DNA of 49,697 bases, the filler included, from Sphacelaria rigidula (lineage: Eukaryota): assembly GCA_964200075.2 (NCBI GenBank). It is 3 parts of 3 records of this genome, joined end to end, with 100 filler letters (N's around TTAATTAATTAA, not from the genome) between each part and the next. Parts side by side here need not be neighbours in the genome. Positions count along the whole stretch, not along the records: positions 16,606 to 33,102 come from CAXNAA020001334.1; positions 33,203 to 49,697 come from CAXNAA020001335.1; 1 more part is not named here. One strand, given 5' to 3'. Below are positions 23,901 through 36,500 of the stretch, piece after piece. Below the pieces are notes generated by a model, which worked only from the letters and a program-made list of their open reading frames with translations, did no database searches and was not told the DNA's origin. The position numbers and the translations under genes are program-made. How positions within the stretch are numbered: position 1 is the stretch's first letter; the number at the start of each line of letters is the position of its first letter.

Positions 23901-26900
23901 TACGTGACCTCGAGACACTTATTTGGGTAGCGTAAGAACGCACGGCCGCTCGTGATTGACCCTTGTGACACTCACCAAGCAATGTAATCGAGCCACGTGC
24001 GGTTGGCAAGCAACAGTGAGAAAGACTTGCAAAAGGGCATCACAGAGTAAACAGCATGATTGGCTGATGGATTCGTTGGTTGATTGATGGATTATCGCAC
24101 ACTCACGCATCCGCTACGAATCCAACCGTAGCAACAAGACAGATGTGCCGGAGGGAAGCAGGCGGGATCATTCGTCTAGGGGAACTCGAGGAAACGAGAG
24201 AAAATGCAAACCGTCGAAAGGAGAACATAAACGAATCTAACTTACAAGCGCACGAGGTCAAGGAATACTAACGGCCACGAGAAAAAAAACACGGACCACC
24301 TACCAAGGTTTTGCGGCAGGAGAGCATAAAAGACATAAGATCGTGGAAACAGTACTCAGCAGTAATGTGCTGAGCACAAGAAGGATCATCGCATCTCACT
24401 TTACATGTGTATGTTTAGGGTGAACAAGTAAAGTCGACCGCCGATAAAACGGCAATGTTCAGACTATTCGTTACGACCCCCGCTAACTTGCAGCGAAAAA
24501 CACTCACCAACGACGATCTTCAGCTTCGACAATGGTAGCTTCGACCATAGATCGTTGATTCGATCTACGACGTCGGTTCCCTTCTCCCCTTCCCGCGACA
24601 TTTCATCAGTCGTCACGATTACCGGCTTGTCGTCGTCGTCGAGGTCGGCTTTTTCCTCGGCCAGCGCAGAGGCAACACCCCAGAGTACCCTGAGCGTGTT
24701 GTTGTTCGCCATCTCACCCACCATTGGGGCGCGACCGTGCCGCAACTGTTCGCCGCCACTCAGCAGCGATGATCGCGACCCCTCTCTTCGTGCGGCACGG
24801 CCGCTGACGCTGGCAGCCGTCGGTGAAGCTTGGCAACCCGTATCCCCCCTGGCCTTGTTGTCAGGCTTCACAGGATATGATGGTACAGCGGTGCTGAGGC
24901 TCCGTTCGTTTTCAGCGCAACTCTTCCCAGCGGATGAATCGTCGACCGTTTCTTTTCCCCAGAATTCCCGCTGCTCTTTCACAGCCTGACTGCCATCGCT
25001 TTTCCTAGCCGTAACCCCCACGGTCATGGAAAAGTTTTCAACGCCTCCCTGCCGGTGACCAAGGCCCCGACCTGGTCATCATGGACATCGTGTACCGGCG
25101 GTTTCAAACAACAAGAGCCCAAGAAAACGAAACAAGAAAGAGGTATGAAAAACGGAAGGACTACATTCCACCTTGGGAACACCCGATTGCGTGGCTGACT
25201 GTATTTCCACCTTCGTTTGACCTTGTCGAACGGGCGTGGATTGAAGAAGGAAAAATCATGGGTTGAGCATGGATGATAGCGGCTGCTATGGGAACGCGAG
25301 GTGCATGAAAATGCTGGACCTACCTCGCCCGATAGTCTGAAGTTTCACCCGGGTTTTCTGTCTGGTGGACCTTACGGCTCCTTGACCGCCCACCTGATGA
25401 CGCGAGACATGAGGTGTAGTCGGGATATAACATGCGCATAGAACATGGAGCGTGTGGACAAGACGAGGGGGGTGTTGGCAAGCTGGCTCGCGATCAAGGG
25501 TTGCAGGCCACATATTCGGGAATGCCGGTGGTCCGAAAATCAACGTTCAGCAACAAGAGGCAAGTCGAGCACAGCAGTGGTCGCACACAGCATGCACGTT
25601 TCCTTACCACGGGTGAAACAGTTGCCGCCTCATCTGCCCCTTCTATGGGCCGCTTGCTACACGGCGAATATATCCGCACGATTGACTTCTGTGCAACGCA
25701 TCTTACCACGATGACGGCAAACGAAGCACTTCATGAATGAATTATTGTTCGATGGGGTAAAGAAGCACCCCCGACTACTCCTTGACTCACCAACCGAGTC
25801 AAGTGCGGCATTCGATACTGTTTGACTGTCAACAATCTACCTAGACGACGCAAACTCTCCACGCGCGGCACCTTTCACTTGGCTAGAAACAGGGTCACTA
25901 ATACATTATCCCGTCTCACATGTACGGCGGAGACATCTACGAGCTCTGAAGAGTTGAAGGGATGTGTGTGAGACCATAACAAATAACTTCCTCGTCCCTA
26001 CCTTGAGCGTTAAACTAAAACGCCCTTTTTTTGTTTTACTAACTCGTCTCACCAGGTATATAGCCAGCAGAGTCATCAGCAAGAGTGTGACAAGCGCCGC
26101 CAGGGCCAAGAGGAAGTACATGACGCCTTTGAAAGAGCCGGTGCATTGGTGACACTCGTTGCCCGCCCCCCGGCCGAACCCCGCAGAACAAACCGCGCAG
26201 TCTGCAAGCGTGCGACGAGGGATATAGGATATCAGAGATTGATCATGTTGATGGTCATCACAACCCATGGAAGAGATAGTACTAACCCACAAAAGCACCA
26301 GCAGACAAAAACTTATCTCTCTCTCTCTTATCGCAAAAAACATCCGAGCATGACATAATGCGATGCTCTCACCGCTATCCATGGGCCCGACAATGATACC
26401 AGACCGTGATTTTTTCTGGCGGCATTTACAGGTACACATTATAAAGCATCATTATCCTGTGCGAGTGAGGCCTGAATAACTTGTTTTGTAGTCAATTCTG
26501 TGTCATACTCCCTCCTATTGAAGAACACTGGCGTGAGTTGACGTCAAGTGAATCGTTGGTGCTATCTAGATTACTCGAAGCTCAATACACGTTTCACTTA
26601 CATGGCCCTTCATAGCCGTGGCTGCAGTATTCGTTCGTTTCCGCCACGTTTGAGCCACCCTTGCAAGCATCCTGATTCATTATCACACACAAACGGTAAA
26701 AAGGCGGGGGGGCTTTACGGTCAGCGAGCGTGGTCTTAACAGGGGAGGGCTGTCGCCGATGAAGGATATAAGTATAAACTACTAAAGTCGCTGACTATCA
26801 GCATGGCGACGCAGGAGGTTTGTGGCGTATGGAAAATGTACGAACCCCTGAGGTGCGCGCGTGCTCTTTCTTCTTTAACAAAAGGTGGGCGGCAAACGCT

Positions 26901-29900
26901 CTCCCATGTGCACCGTGTGTTCGGCTGTGCTTATCGGTAAAAGCGATCAACAAAAGTTTGTTACAGTCGAGTACACCAGGAACGTTTCCCTCCCGCACGA
27001 CAGTACCCGTGGACGCAGAACCGAGGAATCGCACGAAAATGCATGTCACCACGAAGGGGGGCGCCACCCATTCGTCAACAATGTAACTCATCACTCTGAT
27101 CATGGCCATAGTACCGCTTTACGAATACAAAATGTAGAGAGAAGCGCCTCATATTCAACATCAAAAAATGGCGTTTTGTAGCTCACGGAGTGCTTGTCGT
27201 CTTCCCACTCTCGGCACAGGCGTTGCCTTCCATCGCAATCATTTATCGCGATACTGTAACTGGGAATCCTCGCTTTGGGCTGCTTCGTACGCAAAAGCAC
27301 CTTTCACATGCTCAGGACATATTTCCTCACCTCGTTGAAGCACCTCCTGATGGTAGTGCCGCTCAGGTTGGCCCGCCAGTAGCCCGGAGAAACTGGTAGG
27401 GTCTCGGTCGACACTCCAGGAGCAGAGCAACCCAATCCCTAAAAAAATTCAACAAGAACAGAACCCCCGAGACGAGAGAGCTTGAGGGCGAAACGTGTCT
27501 GAAGTCATGGAGTGACTGACCATCAAAAACGAAGGGGGAAGATTGCGGCCACACTCGGGAGAACCCCATCAACCACCTTGTGCTGAACCTGTCACTGAAG
27601 GTAAATTTTCAGACTCACGGACCATAGGTCCGCGTCGGAGTCGGGGGCTCAAGGGTAGATCGGTTCAAGTATGATGTGGCTCGATCAACAGCGCCAGCTG
27701 TCCAATGAACATCAACTGAATGCAGAGTGCGCGAGTTCAACGAATGCAGAGTGGTTATCATCTCTGTCGAGCTCTTTACGGGCCAATTGTCCTCCTCAGC
27801 TTCCTCTTTTTTCTGTCCAGTCTTACCTCGTCCCCGTTCATGTCGGCCTCGGTGCACAGCTTGCAACCCACGAAATTCCAGAACATCCCCTTCTGGCAAT
27901 GAAAGAAAGTCACGCTCATGTTTACCTCCGCAACCGACGTCCATTTAGAGAATTCGCGGTCTGTAGAGACGTCAATGGCGTCGACACGGAAGGTGATGTT
28001 GGCTGTGCCGTCGAAGTTGTCGCTTGGACTGTTCGCCACCCGCAGGTTGACGCTGTTTGTCAACGTTCAAACGCACCCGTAGCGAATTAAGGGGCCTACT
28101 TCTGTACTATCAGTGGCGGGAGTCGCAGCTATGCAGTAGCAAACGCATTTTGTGCTGTACATTAAACGGATAAATTGCAGTGGTCGGTGGTCGAAGGCCT
28201 ACCCCACTCGCATACGCTGATCGCCTGGACGAGCGTGGCGACTTTTGTGGCGACTTCAAAAGCACCCACACGTCATGTTTTCACACCAGGAAAAGACCCC
28301 GCTGCAATACGCTGTTGATCGACCGCGCGTCGATTGCCTTACCTCTGTCCGGGGAGGAGCAAGCCAGTCGAAGGGAGTATAGTCCAAGGAGTCCTGATGT
28401 CCGAAGGTAGTGCAGATATTTTCCACACGACACCCGTTCCGTTGCTTCCATTACTGGTGCTAGCGCCGGTGATGTTGCTTCGGTTATCATCGTACGGCAG
28501 CTTAAGAAGTAGATCACCCGCCACTATATGGCCCCAGTACGTTATTTCCGGGTACGAGACTACGCTGAGCGATAGGCGATCAGCGTAGCTGTCAAGACAC
28601 GTCTGTTGGGGAGCGAGACGGCAGAGCACAGCATAGCGTTGGGGGGCAACTGATTGAACGAGGGGGCGAGAGGAAGTGAGACCCTAACCCTTCATCATCT
28701 TTATTCTGTTCGTGGACTTGTGTCTCCTTCATGCAGATAAAGAAATATAGTGTCCGAGGTGCATTCCTGCTAATACATCGCAACCGCTCAAGTGGCTATC
28801 CGCAATTAGTCAAATAAAGCTAACCTCTGCTCCTGACATGCCGGGATAGCACTGACAGTAGACCCCTACGTTTCCGACCGAGCACGCCGATCCATCGCTG
28901 CAGGGCGGGGGCATCATGTTCCCGTCGACCTCACCGCCATCACAGGTGAAGTCGACGTTGGTCAGCCTATCCGCTGTCGGGGCGATCCCGGACTCATTGG
29001 CGCTGGCGATGAACCGCTCAACTGCAGCAGCCACACACGCCGTTGAAACAGGACATGGGTGACAATTCCAGTTGAATCTTAAACCGGCTCCTCGATTGCG
29101 ATACGATTTGGAGAATCTAACTTCGTGTAGCATACGCATATGAAAATTAAGCCGCGACGACGTGTTCGGAATGGCATGTACATAGACTGAAGTCGTATGT
29201 TCGCCGCCAAACACGTGTACGTTACACCACAAGTACTGGAGAGATGAACTCGTGTAACTAAACATGACCGCGAGCACAAGAGAATGGGGTGGAACCACGA
29301 AAACTACCGGAATGGTCCTGCCATCAACGCAGAAATACTCACAGTTCATATCACCGAGTACGGCGTTACGTATGGTAGTTGAATTCGACGTTTCCGCCTG
29401 CACCAGGACCTCTGCCGAGGTTGCTCTGAAGTCGCAGCTATCCATGGTAAGCTTGCCTCCGCTAAACAGCACGGTCTGCCACCACGGTATTCGAACAAGG
29501 CACAACGCGCTGTGATTTCAAAACTTGAAGCTCTCCTCTGAGGGATTATCCCGAGGGGTTCTGGATTGGTTCGGTCAGTTAACCTCGTGCCGGAAGTGTT
29601 CCGTGGGGCATGACGGGTTCATAATCAGTGAATCGGCTTGTGTGAATTTACTTCATTGTTAATGTCTACTACTCCCGAGTGAAGCCTTAACGCGATGGTG
29701 CACACTACGAGTCTGAGGAAAGTGTCACACCGGACCAGCGCACTTAAAACTTGGCTCGTACTGCTATTGCGGATCTCAGCAGCAAACCCATATGCGCCTT
29801 TGAACCAGCAGGCCATGAACCCACGGAATCATATTCCATGTACGGAGCAAGGAACAACGTCCGACTCATCGACTTGATCGGGACATCGTGATATTCGGGG

Positions 29901-32728
29901 TCTTATCCCTCATCCGTGCCATCTCACTACAGGTCGTATCAAGTCAACTGCGCACCTGCCCGGCGAACCCTGAGAACGACGTGTATTCCGCTTCGTAAGT
30001 GGAATTGACATCTATCTCCACCGCTGTCACGCTCGTAGACGACGTAGTATCCTGGAACTCCACCTACAGGGCATGGAGTAGACAGCGATATAGATAGCGA
30101 AAGAGATCGCGAGATTTTGCCGGCGCCACAGTACCCTTGCGATCAACGCCTAGTTTGCGCATGATTGAACCACCCTGCTTGTCTAGACGAACAAGGCCAG
30201 CGGGAGCACGGGGGTATCCGCTGTTCACTCTGTGCTAATTTCCCCGGGAGAGTCATCGTGAGCTCAGAGGCGGACACAAGAGAGAGACCCGCCCTCACCG
30301 CGTGCATTCTTCTCACGAACAATCGTGCTAGACTCCTTGCATAAATGATATCGATGCCTGCGTTCTTACAACGGACAACAAATTCCCCCGACGCTCTCAA
30401 AGCCTTCCATGTTCACCTGGTGCGTTCGAAGAGTGCTAGCAACCATGGATACAGCAGTTGATCGTGACCTTCCGTTGTCGTACAGAGTCGCCCCTCGTAG
30501 CGTCACGTTCGCGTCATCCACGGCATAACTAGCTCAAGAGCGACCGACACAACACCACATGAGAAGCGCATTCGTCCTTCGTTTTTAGAATGAGAGCCCA
30601 AGACCCCCGCAGGAGCGCCGCACAACCGAGCTGTTCAGCGAATCACATTTCTCCCTCACCCCAAGAATGATTCTCGCAAGAGACTACTCTGAAAAAGTAG
30701 TGGTATTGAGATGAACATGAGCACCTGAGTCACGTATTCCTAGCGCGACACCGACCAGTGAACACCGCTATATATCTAGACCTCACATGGCCGAACCGAT
30801 GTTCGCGTGGCTGCTCCCGATGTCGCACTGCCAATCCAAGTTCCCTCCTTCAATGTAAATAGCTCCACCGCTCCTAGCTCGGTGGCCAATTATCGTGGAC
30901 CACTCGCAGGTCGTGAGGCCGACGCCTTGTTTGAAAAGGAAACCCCCAAAATCTGCTCGGTTGTACATGAACGTTCCGTTGAATATCTGTCGGGATGAGT
31001 TTTCGACGGCCGGGAAACGAAGCTGGTCAGCTTAACAGATCCTCAAAGGGCCAGGCCAGTGAGTGGTGCGCGGTCTACATTTTTTGTCGCGGGGAGTGAT
31101 TGACATGAAACACGTTTGAGTTACCTGCCCCAAGGGAACGGCATATTCATCGCGCGCGTCGTGCGTAAGCTATACATCCATGTGAATACCATGGAGCAAA
31201 TACACCACCGCGATCGTCCCAACCACGTTTACGCACAGGTCCGAGCGAGTTATCACTTTCCCATCACATCGGATGCGTCACTTCCTCAGAATTCTACATT
31301 CAATTCAAACGTCAGCTGCTGCTTGAAGTAGATGATAGAGGCAACTTTCGAAAACGCAGAACGGACCGAGGACCACTCGGGCGCTAGGTATGTAATAAGA
31401 TGCACCTTGGGGGACAAACCTTTCCGTATTTGCGGTGTAGTATACGCAGCGCCTATTTCGCTGTCTTTACATTCTCAACACAGGCGTAAGAGAGTGCCCC
31501 TTCGCAACATGCACTACCCTGTGGCTGCCGTGCAAAGAAGACAGCACTCCATCCACCAGCATATGACGATTATGGATGCTTTACGCCGAGCAATCACCCG
31601 ACACAGCATAATGATCGAAACCCTCCGTTTGTGAGACTCTCCACAATATGTGGGTCGCCTATTTTAATAGTCCATCCTTCTGCCTTCCCGAGCGATTTGT
31701 GTTTCGTAGTTCAGCCCTTTCACCAGCACCATATTTTCGACAAACACGCATGACACAAGTACCCTCAAGCAAGCTTCGAAGCGTACTCTTACCTCCAGGT
31801 GAGTTTTTTCTTCAACCGAAAGCACGCCGCCCTCATTCGCAACGTTTCTCGCGAATACCCCTCCTTCAATGACCAGCTTCGACCCACGGGTGACGAACAC
31901 TACCCCGCCGTCACTTCCTCCATCATTCTCCCGAAAGGTACCACTTTGAATGAAGAAGTTGCCTTCGCCCCCGGAAACCAACACCCCACCCCGATCCTCG
32001 GCCACGTTACGGAGAAATTGGCCCCCCGCAACAAGCACGTGGCCCTTCGAATACAGAACCCCGCCGATCTGCGTGACAACGGGCGAATTTGACGCCACCG
32101 CAAATATATAACATGCGACAGTTGAAATTCATTTTTTTGTCCCCTGTTTCATACGGTACAGATCGCTCCAGCTATCCAAAGGCACAGCGACCGAGCACCT
32201 GATATGCTGGCCAGTCATCCTGCACAAAGGAGGAGTTGCCCCTTCGTGGCGTTTCTCTCGACGCCTTAAACCATTACTTTTCATCAATCCGCCTGCGTTT
32301 TTACCCATTTTGTTTTTGTGTTGTACCATATTGATATTGATGTATCTCACATCAATACGGGCACTTCAATTGCCGGTCCTTTGTTTGAAAAAGGGCAGAC
32401 ACTGGTCCCACCCCTCGACGAGTTTTACCTTCGTTCACGGCCTCTAGCGTTGTACGCTCACCGTATAGCTGTAGTTCTCGACAAACGTGCTCCCATTGAT
32501 CACAATTCTCGTGTCGAGCGTTGCCCCGAATACTGCACCATCCGTCTTGCAGCGATTCCCCTCAAACCAGTTTCCGTCATCGACTTCAATTTTCGAGTAT
32601 TTGTTGCTGTAGATGACGCCCCCACTGTCCTGATAAGCCCGATTACCCTCGAATGTCGAGCTACGAAGAACGACCGTCCCGCCGGCTGCATCCCAACCAT
32701 CGCCCGAAGACAGATTGATTGCTCCGGC
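17985..32728 (-). CDS. Large membrane protein: Pmp/pectin-lyase-like beta-helix repeats, EGF-like/Cys-rich stalk and ~9-TM TRP-like (Flc/Pkd2-type) C-terminal domain; 5' end and last exon unresolved
   Basis: Phase-consistent GT-AG exons in transcript order: 32728-32462, 32068-31793, 30986-30787, 30528-30417, 30063-29956, 29475-29343, 29021-28825, 28602-28343, 28052-27827, 27438-27331, 26671-26602, 26201-26053, 25393-25324, 25071-24508, 23525-23503, 22991-22852, 22389-21948, ~21573-21367, 20593-20461, 20084-19978, 19301-19209, 19000-18897, 18536-18473, 18173-17985. Motifs: repeated FxxN..GG[AV][ILV]; PGYWR; GYEGPYCAVC; KLKIVVVVWQI; YLRADFRLKC; YPLGIP; FLWGAYYPKRYYYEVCECLRRLMLTG. Confidence 0.88.
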
Positions 32729-33102
32729 CTTTGTTTGACGATTCCGGAGGATGGGGGGGGACGGGAGGCGGAAACTGAGCGGAAGGAAGACAGTGGGCCG
32801 AGAAAGAAGTGCTGTTGCTGCTGCACAAAACCCTACTGCCGACAGCGCAAAAATTGCAGCTTTCGGAAACTATCTCGTTGGCTCTTCTTCCATCGGCTGT
32901 GTGTGGTACATGATACCGTTCGCGTAGACCTTGTGGGATACCCCCATCGTCCGTGCGAACACATCCCTGCCGAACGATACTTTCCTTTCAGGTGGTTTGA
33001 TTCGCACGGAAATCAAATAGTATAAGGAACACATGGAGTCATCCTACGATAGGGGGGGGGGTATTTGGTTGCACGAAAAAAGAGGCCCCTAAGTGTATCA
33101 GC

Positions 33103-33202
33103 NNNNNNNNNNNNNNNNNNNNNNNNNNNNNNNNNNNNNNNNNNNNTTAATTAATTAANNNNNNNNNNNNNNNNNNNNNNNNNNNNNNNNNNNNNNNNNN
33201 NN
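33103..33202. other. Artificial contig-joining spacer
   Basis: 44 N + TTAATTAATTAA + 44 N. Confidence 0.98.
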
Positions 33203-33575
33203 CGATCGCACCCCTCCTCCTCCATCAAACTTTTATGACAACAACAATTTGGGTCCCCCCCCCCCCCTCTTCGGCCGTACACGTGATGCCGGGGTGTTCA
33301 CGTAGCCGTTGTGGATGGTGCGAGCGTAGTTTTTTTGCCTTTCTTGATGTTTCAGATGCAAATATGATTGTGACGAGGTTCTGCGTTGCCTGTTTGTCCC
33401 TGTGCGCGCGCGCGTCCGTCTATTTTTGAAATGTGTTCGTGGCTGCGTATTCGTGCTTGTCGGCTTGTTTATCGGCCTGTTTCCTTGACTTCTTCCCCGC
33501 CTATGCCCCCCATTCCCCTCTCTCCCTCCGTCATTTTTTGACACAATCATCCTTTTGTGATTGGTGGCATAACAG

Positions 33576-36500
33576 ACAGATTTTGTAAACCTCATGCGAT
33601 CGTACCCACACCTGGCGTGTTTCCGGAGGGTGCTTGGCGTGGTGGATCTATCGGACGTGGCGAGAAATGCCGAGTCTCTCAGGGGGAAGCCGTCGGAGGA
33701 AAAGAGCTCTCTCAGTCGTCTGAGCGGCCTCGTACTAGGTATGTTGTGTGCTGCCTCTGATGATGTGGACAAAAACAACGGTAATGACTATCGAGTTTCG
33801 TGTGATGGGGATTATAAATATAGCGATGACTGTCATGATAACGATCATGATCATTTAGGGTTACCCCTCCGCTCACAAGTCAACTTTCTGCTGTAATACG
33901 GTATGTGCATCGAACGGACGTGCCAGGTAAGCGATTGGACAAGAGCGAGCAGTGTTCCGACTGGGGCACGAGACCGCTCTCTGGGAGACAGAAGCGGTAC
34001 GCGGCGTTGGATGCGCGCGCGACCCTTCTGCTGTACCGAAAACTGGCGCCGGAGGTGGGCACTGCCGCTTCAATGCCTTTCGTTATCTCCTCAATGCATC
34101 TCGAGGCATATTTCGCCTCAGGGTGTGCATATCCAGCACCGGAGTAGGAGTCGCCGTCTCTCGGCTCCTAATTGTTCATCTGTCGTTCATATGTCAGACT
34201 TACCTGTATGTGGCAAACGTCGGATGGCGTGTTTCGGAGGTGACTGAGTGTTGCTGTGAAAGGACGCATTGGGACCAAGCGGTTTCTTCACTAATACAGT
34301 TGCTAAGGCACTTCAAGTGCAATAGTAAGTGACTTGAGCGCTGTGCTATATTACGCTTACGGTGCATGATGCTTCAGGGTGATTGCGGTTCACTTTATTT
34401 CATATGCCCTTTTTGTTCCTGCGTTTTTTTTTTTGCATTTTTGGTATTGCGTAGGTGCCGTCTACGCGCATGGAGGCCCTGTTCAACACCTACACGTTTG
34501 ACCCCAGAGGCTTCGAAGTCTTGGTGAGGTCGCTCACCTATTCGCTTGTCGTGGCTTTTGCTTTCAAGTGTCGCGGGTGGATACGGTCCCGAAGATACAG
34601 CTTAATAGTATTGACTCACTGTTTCCAATGAGAGCGGAAGGGGTGGCCCTTTCATGAGAAGTGCGCGGGATCGCCATCCCCACAGCCCACGTCCACCCAC
34701 CTTTTCCGACTCACGGAGCGCAACTCCTACGGGTATAATCGTCCGTCCTTTGTACTTTTTGCTCGATACGAGAAACGGAGGGGTCATCGCCATTAACGTA
34801 CGATCTAGAGAACTTACCCCCAAGAAGTACGTTTGTCCAAGCTCTGCATCTTTCTGCCTTTCGCCTGCACGCACAGACACCCACCCCCGCCCGTCACCCT
34901 GACTGTTGTATTTCAGTGCTAATGGATAGTTGTACACCACCATTACTGCCACTACACCAGGCCACGCAAACTCTCCCCTCTCACGCTCGCCGACGTTCGA
35001 CCGGAAGTAACACGCCAATGCCTCCCCGGGCTCCCTCGTCGGGGAGGAAGAGGCGCTGGAGGGGCGGGATGAGCCGAGAGCGTTTGGCCCGGAAGAGAAT
35101 GTTAGGCGTCTCGGTCATCGAGGTTTCGGAGGCACCGCTTGACGTCGAAGGATTGAGAGAGAGGTGGCTCGGCAAGGCCTTGCTGCCGGACTTGACCAAG
35201 GAAGGGGTGGTCAGGTGCGTCGAGAGAGTGCGCGGTAGTGGAGACAGAGTTACGACTCGTGTGTTCACATGGTGGCTATTTCGTGAAGGGAGATGCCTCG
35301 AATACTATGCGGCGTGTGCAGCTCGCTATCTTTCGTATATCACTAAGCCTTCGACATGAAAGTGTGCCGCTGTTTCGTAGCATGTGCAGCTGCATATATA
35401 CTGTCTTGGGGGTCGGTGCAGGCACGGGGCGAATGTGTGCACCGCACGTGCCCTGTAACATCACGGCCTAACTCTCTGTACGGTTCCTGTATTTGCTATG
35501 CATGACAGAGCGATTTTGACGCTCGAATGGTGTAAGGGGGCGCATGGGGAGTATGCCTCCATGTGTTGTTTCCAGTCGCAAGATCGACTGAATTTGTTCT
35601 TATTATTCAAGTACTACGAAACAAGGTAATCTCCGGGTGATGTACGTTTATTTCTGGTTCTACCGACGAACTTGTGTTTCCTCTGTTCTCACATCTTGCG
35701 CCAATATTCAACCTCTAGTACGGCCGCTCTCTGTTCTCTGTGTGCCCTTCCGTCTTGCTTGTTTGGTATATGCCGACGTTCATCCCGTCATCAAAAGGGC
35801 CTGTATCCACCCGGCCTACCATGCGCCGGCGAGTGGTGTCAACGGCCCCGTTCTGCGCTTCAACCGACACCAAAATTTCGTGGAATTCGGCGACGGTTTT
35901 GCGCTGCTGATGAATTGTGGCGGCGCGTCAAAAGAACGCGAGCATGCCAGGTGGGAGCAACGTTGTAGTAAGGTCGCAGTACACAAGAAGTGGCTGCGTT
36001 TGCGCCTTCTGCCGCTTGACAAAACCCTCACCATGATACAAAAAACAGGCATTTCGTATTGAAGACATGTGCGTCCTGTTGTTCCGAGGAGACGCGGCGC
36101 TGTTGGATTGAGGTATTTGGACCCACCGGTTTGTCGCGTCTACGTCAAAATATCTGTAGGCTGTGCTTGGGTGCGCTGTACATGCTGTTGCATGCGTTTT
36201 CATGTTCATAATCGTACGGGGGCGGGGAGCAAGGGAGTAAACCCAGCACACTGGGTTTGGAGTAATTACTGTTTCCTAGCTTGACGTGTGTAATCTTTCA
36301 ACTTCATCGACTAGTGTTGCGTGCTCTCCCTTGCCCCCCGCGGTGTCTCGGTCGTTTCCACATCTTTCACATTTTGAGCGGACATGTTTACTGGCTATGT
36401 AACACGTACATTTCACCTCACCTTTGCTGCTGCCCTGCCCCTCTCGCTCGAATAACTTGCGTACGTTTTTCGCGTGATTGCATGATTGCAGCGGCTTTTT

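Noticed and set aside
32318-33025. 235-aa + strand ORF
   Set aside because: Antisense shadow of the minus-strand Pmp-repeat exon 32728-32462.
33630-33665. ASCH domain suggested by VLGVVDLSDV
   Set aside because: Context places it in the DEDDy exonuclease, as the VVDL strand after ExoII.
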